From a bacterium (GTDB taxonomy: Bacteria > SAR324 > NAC60-12): 64,000 bases of DNA. This document shows positions 62,383 to 64,000 of this stretch, piece after piece (the first letter of the stretch is position 1; each line of letters starts with the position of its first letter). Location of the stretch: the NCBI GenBank assembly GCA_965209155.1, contig OZ242383.1, forward strand, positions 1,856,001 through 1,920,000. Reading direction: 5' to 3'. The translations under genes were made by a program, and so were the position numbers. Under the pieces are notes generated by a model. It was not told the DNA's origin. It ran no database searches and was given only the letters and a program-made list of their open reading frames with translations.

Positions 62383-62878
62383 TTACCCGTTGAAAGGGGA
62401 GAGGAGTCGGGCCAGGAGACCTCGTTTGCGTTTCCTCTTTGCGGCGCCATAACTGCCCTGACCGCCCCGCAGTCGGGGATCGAGCAGGTCCCTCACCGCG
62501 TCGCCGAACATGTTTAGACTGTAAACGACAATCGTCAGACAAAGCCCCGGCCAGAGCGCCAGCCGGGGCGCCTGCTCCATGTAGCGACGCCCTTCACTGC
62601 TGAGCATAGCACCCCAGTCAGGAATCTCGGGTGGCAGACCGAATCCCAGGAAGCTCAGAGAGGCCGCAGAGATAATCATCCCCCCGATGTTGATCGAGAA
62701 GATGATGATGATCGGCGCCATTATATTGGGCAGGACATGGCGCAGGAGGATTTGGCTCGTGGAAGTGCCCACGGCTTTGGCGGCCAGAAAATAGTCATTC
62801 TCTTTGACACCAATCACGGCGCTGCGGATGACTCGGGATCCCCGACGCCAATAAGCGCCGGATGAGATAGGCTCTCAT
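62383..62878 (-). pseudogene. dppB 5' end (10 codons) fused by deletion to the dppC 3' half
   Basis: MRAYLIRRLL at 62878 jumps to GSRVIRS...GDAVRDLLDPR. Confidence 0.8.
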
Positions 62879-62887
62879 GGGAAACCC

Positions 62888-64000
62888 CTAATGCCCCATT
62901 TCTTTCTTCAGATCCTGGTCAATCCAGAGGCGGGCGAATATTGCCAATGAGTTACCCAGTCCCAGCTCGACTTCACCGTTATAACCTTTGATCCATGGCT
63001 GGGATGCATTAAACACTGGAACTTTAGGACCCCATATGAACCACTGCTGCTCTATAAAGTACATATCTGCCTCTCTAATCAGCCTCTTCTGCTCCTCAAG
63101 GGTGGCAGCGGCTTCGGCGGCTTCAACCTTGGCGTCCATCACAGGGTCCTGGTGTCCCTGTGGTGCAATTTACTTCGCGAGTGAAACTTGTCCATTAGGG
63201 TGAGGGGTGACGAGTCAACGCCGAGATCATAAGAAGCCGTCCCTTCATAAGTACCTTCCGTTACTAGCGCCCCCCACGCAGTATTGTCATGTACCTGAAT
63301 CTCCACATCAACGCCAATCTGAGTCCAGTATTCAACGGCTATTTCATAATAGCCTAGATCGAGTCGCTGCAAGTGGTGAAGGACGGTCTTGAATCGAATG
63401 CCATCCACGCCGCGCGGATATCCAGCCTCATCCAGGAGCTTCTCCGCCCCTTCCGGGTCATACCGAAAGCCTTGTTTGACCGCTTCGGGCCACTCTTCAA
63501 AGGGGACATAATACCCCTTCAAAGCATCCCCGACACCCCCCTGGGGTTGCCACTTAGCAAAACCCCTATAGTAGGTCTCGTTAATGGTCTCCAGGTCAAT
63601 GGCCATCTGCATGGCCTGGCGTATCCGGATGTCGTTGAAGAGCGACTGGTTGCGCAGGTTAAAAGCAACAGAGGTATTCGAGTTAAAGTACCACGGGTAC
63701 CACGTGATCTCGGGGTTGCTCCGTTGGAGGCTCTCTACCTGGCCGATATCCCCCAATTGAGTGGGGCCGGCTAAACCTGTGATATCATGCTTACCCGAGC
63801 GTAGTGCCGCCAGCCATGTTGCTTGTTCGGGCATTATCACCCGTCTTAACTGGTCAATATAGGGCAAGCGGTTCTGTGGGTATTTTTCGTCGGTACCCCA
63901 GTAGTCCGGATTTCTGGTATAGGTCAGAGAGCTGCCCTTGAGCCAGTCCGTCAGCATATAGGGACCGGTGCCGACCAGGTTCCTCCAATCCTGAACGTCG
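62888..64000 (-). pseudogene. Family-5 ABC substrate-binding protein, 3' part, frameshift near 63160
   Basis: Two consecutive ORFs homologous to the other SBPs; gene continues beyond the window. Confidence 0.8.

Noticed and set aside
46444..64000. Diversity-generating retroelement acting on the SBPs
   Set aside because: No reverse transcriptase, and differences between repeats are not adenine-specific

Overview
Bacterial (Gram-negative, probably deltaproteobacterial/SAR324-like; this taxonomy is inference only) chromosomal window. About 2-30 kb is mostly housekeeping: ilvD-like, tRNA-Gly, methylcrotonyl-CoA carboxylase, cobU/T/S, fur, larB, thrC, dxs, zapB, lipA, trxA, truA, uvrB, lptF/G and AmmeMemoRadiSam, with a gmrSD gene left inside an IS5-deleted type I R-M locus. 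From 30.4 kb to 64 kb is an accessory, heavily rearranged region. Main observations: (1) an intact IS110-family (IS1111-type) element at 32543-33947 whose 3' non-coding end contains four readable bridge-RNA guide segments matching its own donor junction and its target, which is a GTCATTCTGAG-type REP; (2) a 1983-aa IS1595 Zn-ribbon/pseudokinase/AAA/GAF/sigma54-activator fusion with candidate enhancer sites and a sigma54 promoter downstream; (3) a tandem set of family-5 ABC transporter units, two of which share near-identical leaders on diverged binding proteins, interleaved with toxin-antitoxin modules and gene scraps, including a mazF split into two complementary halves in permuted order about 10 kb apart. 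All calls come from reading the sequence by eye; no searches were run.
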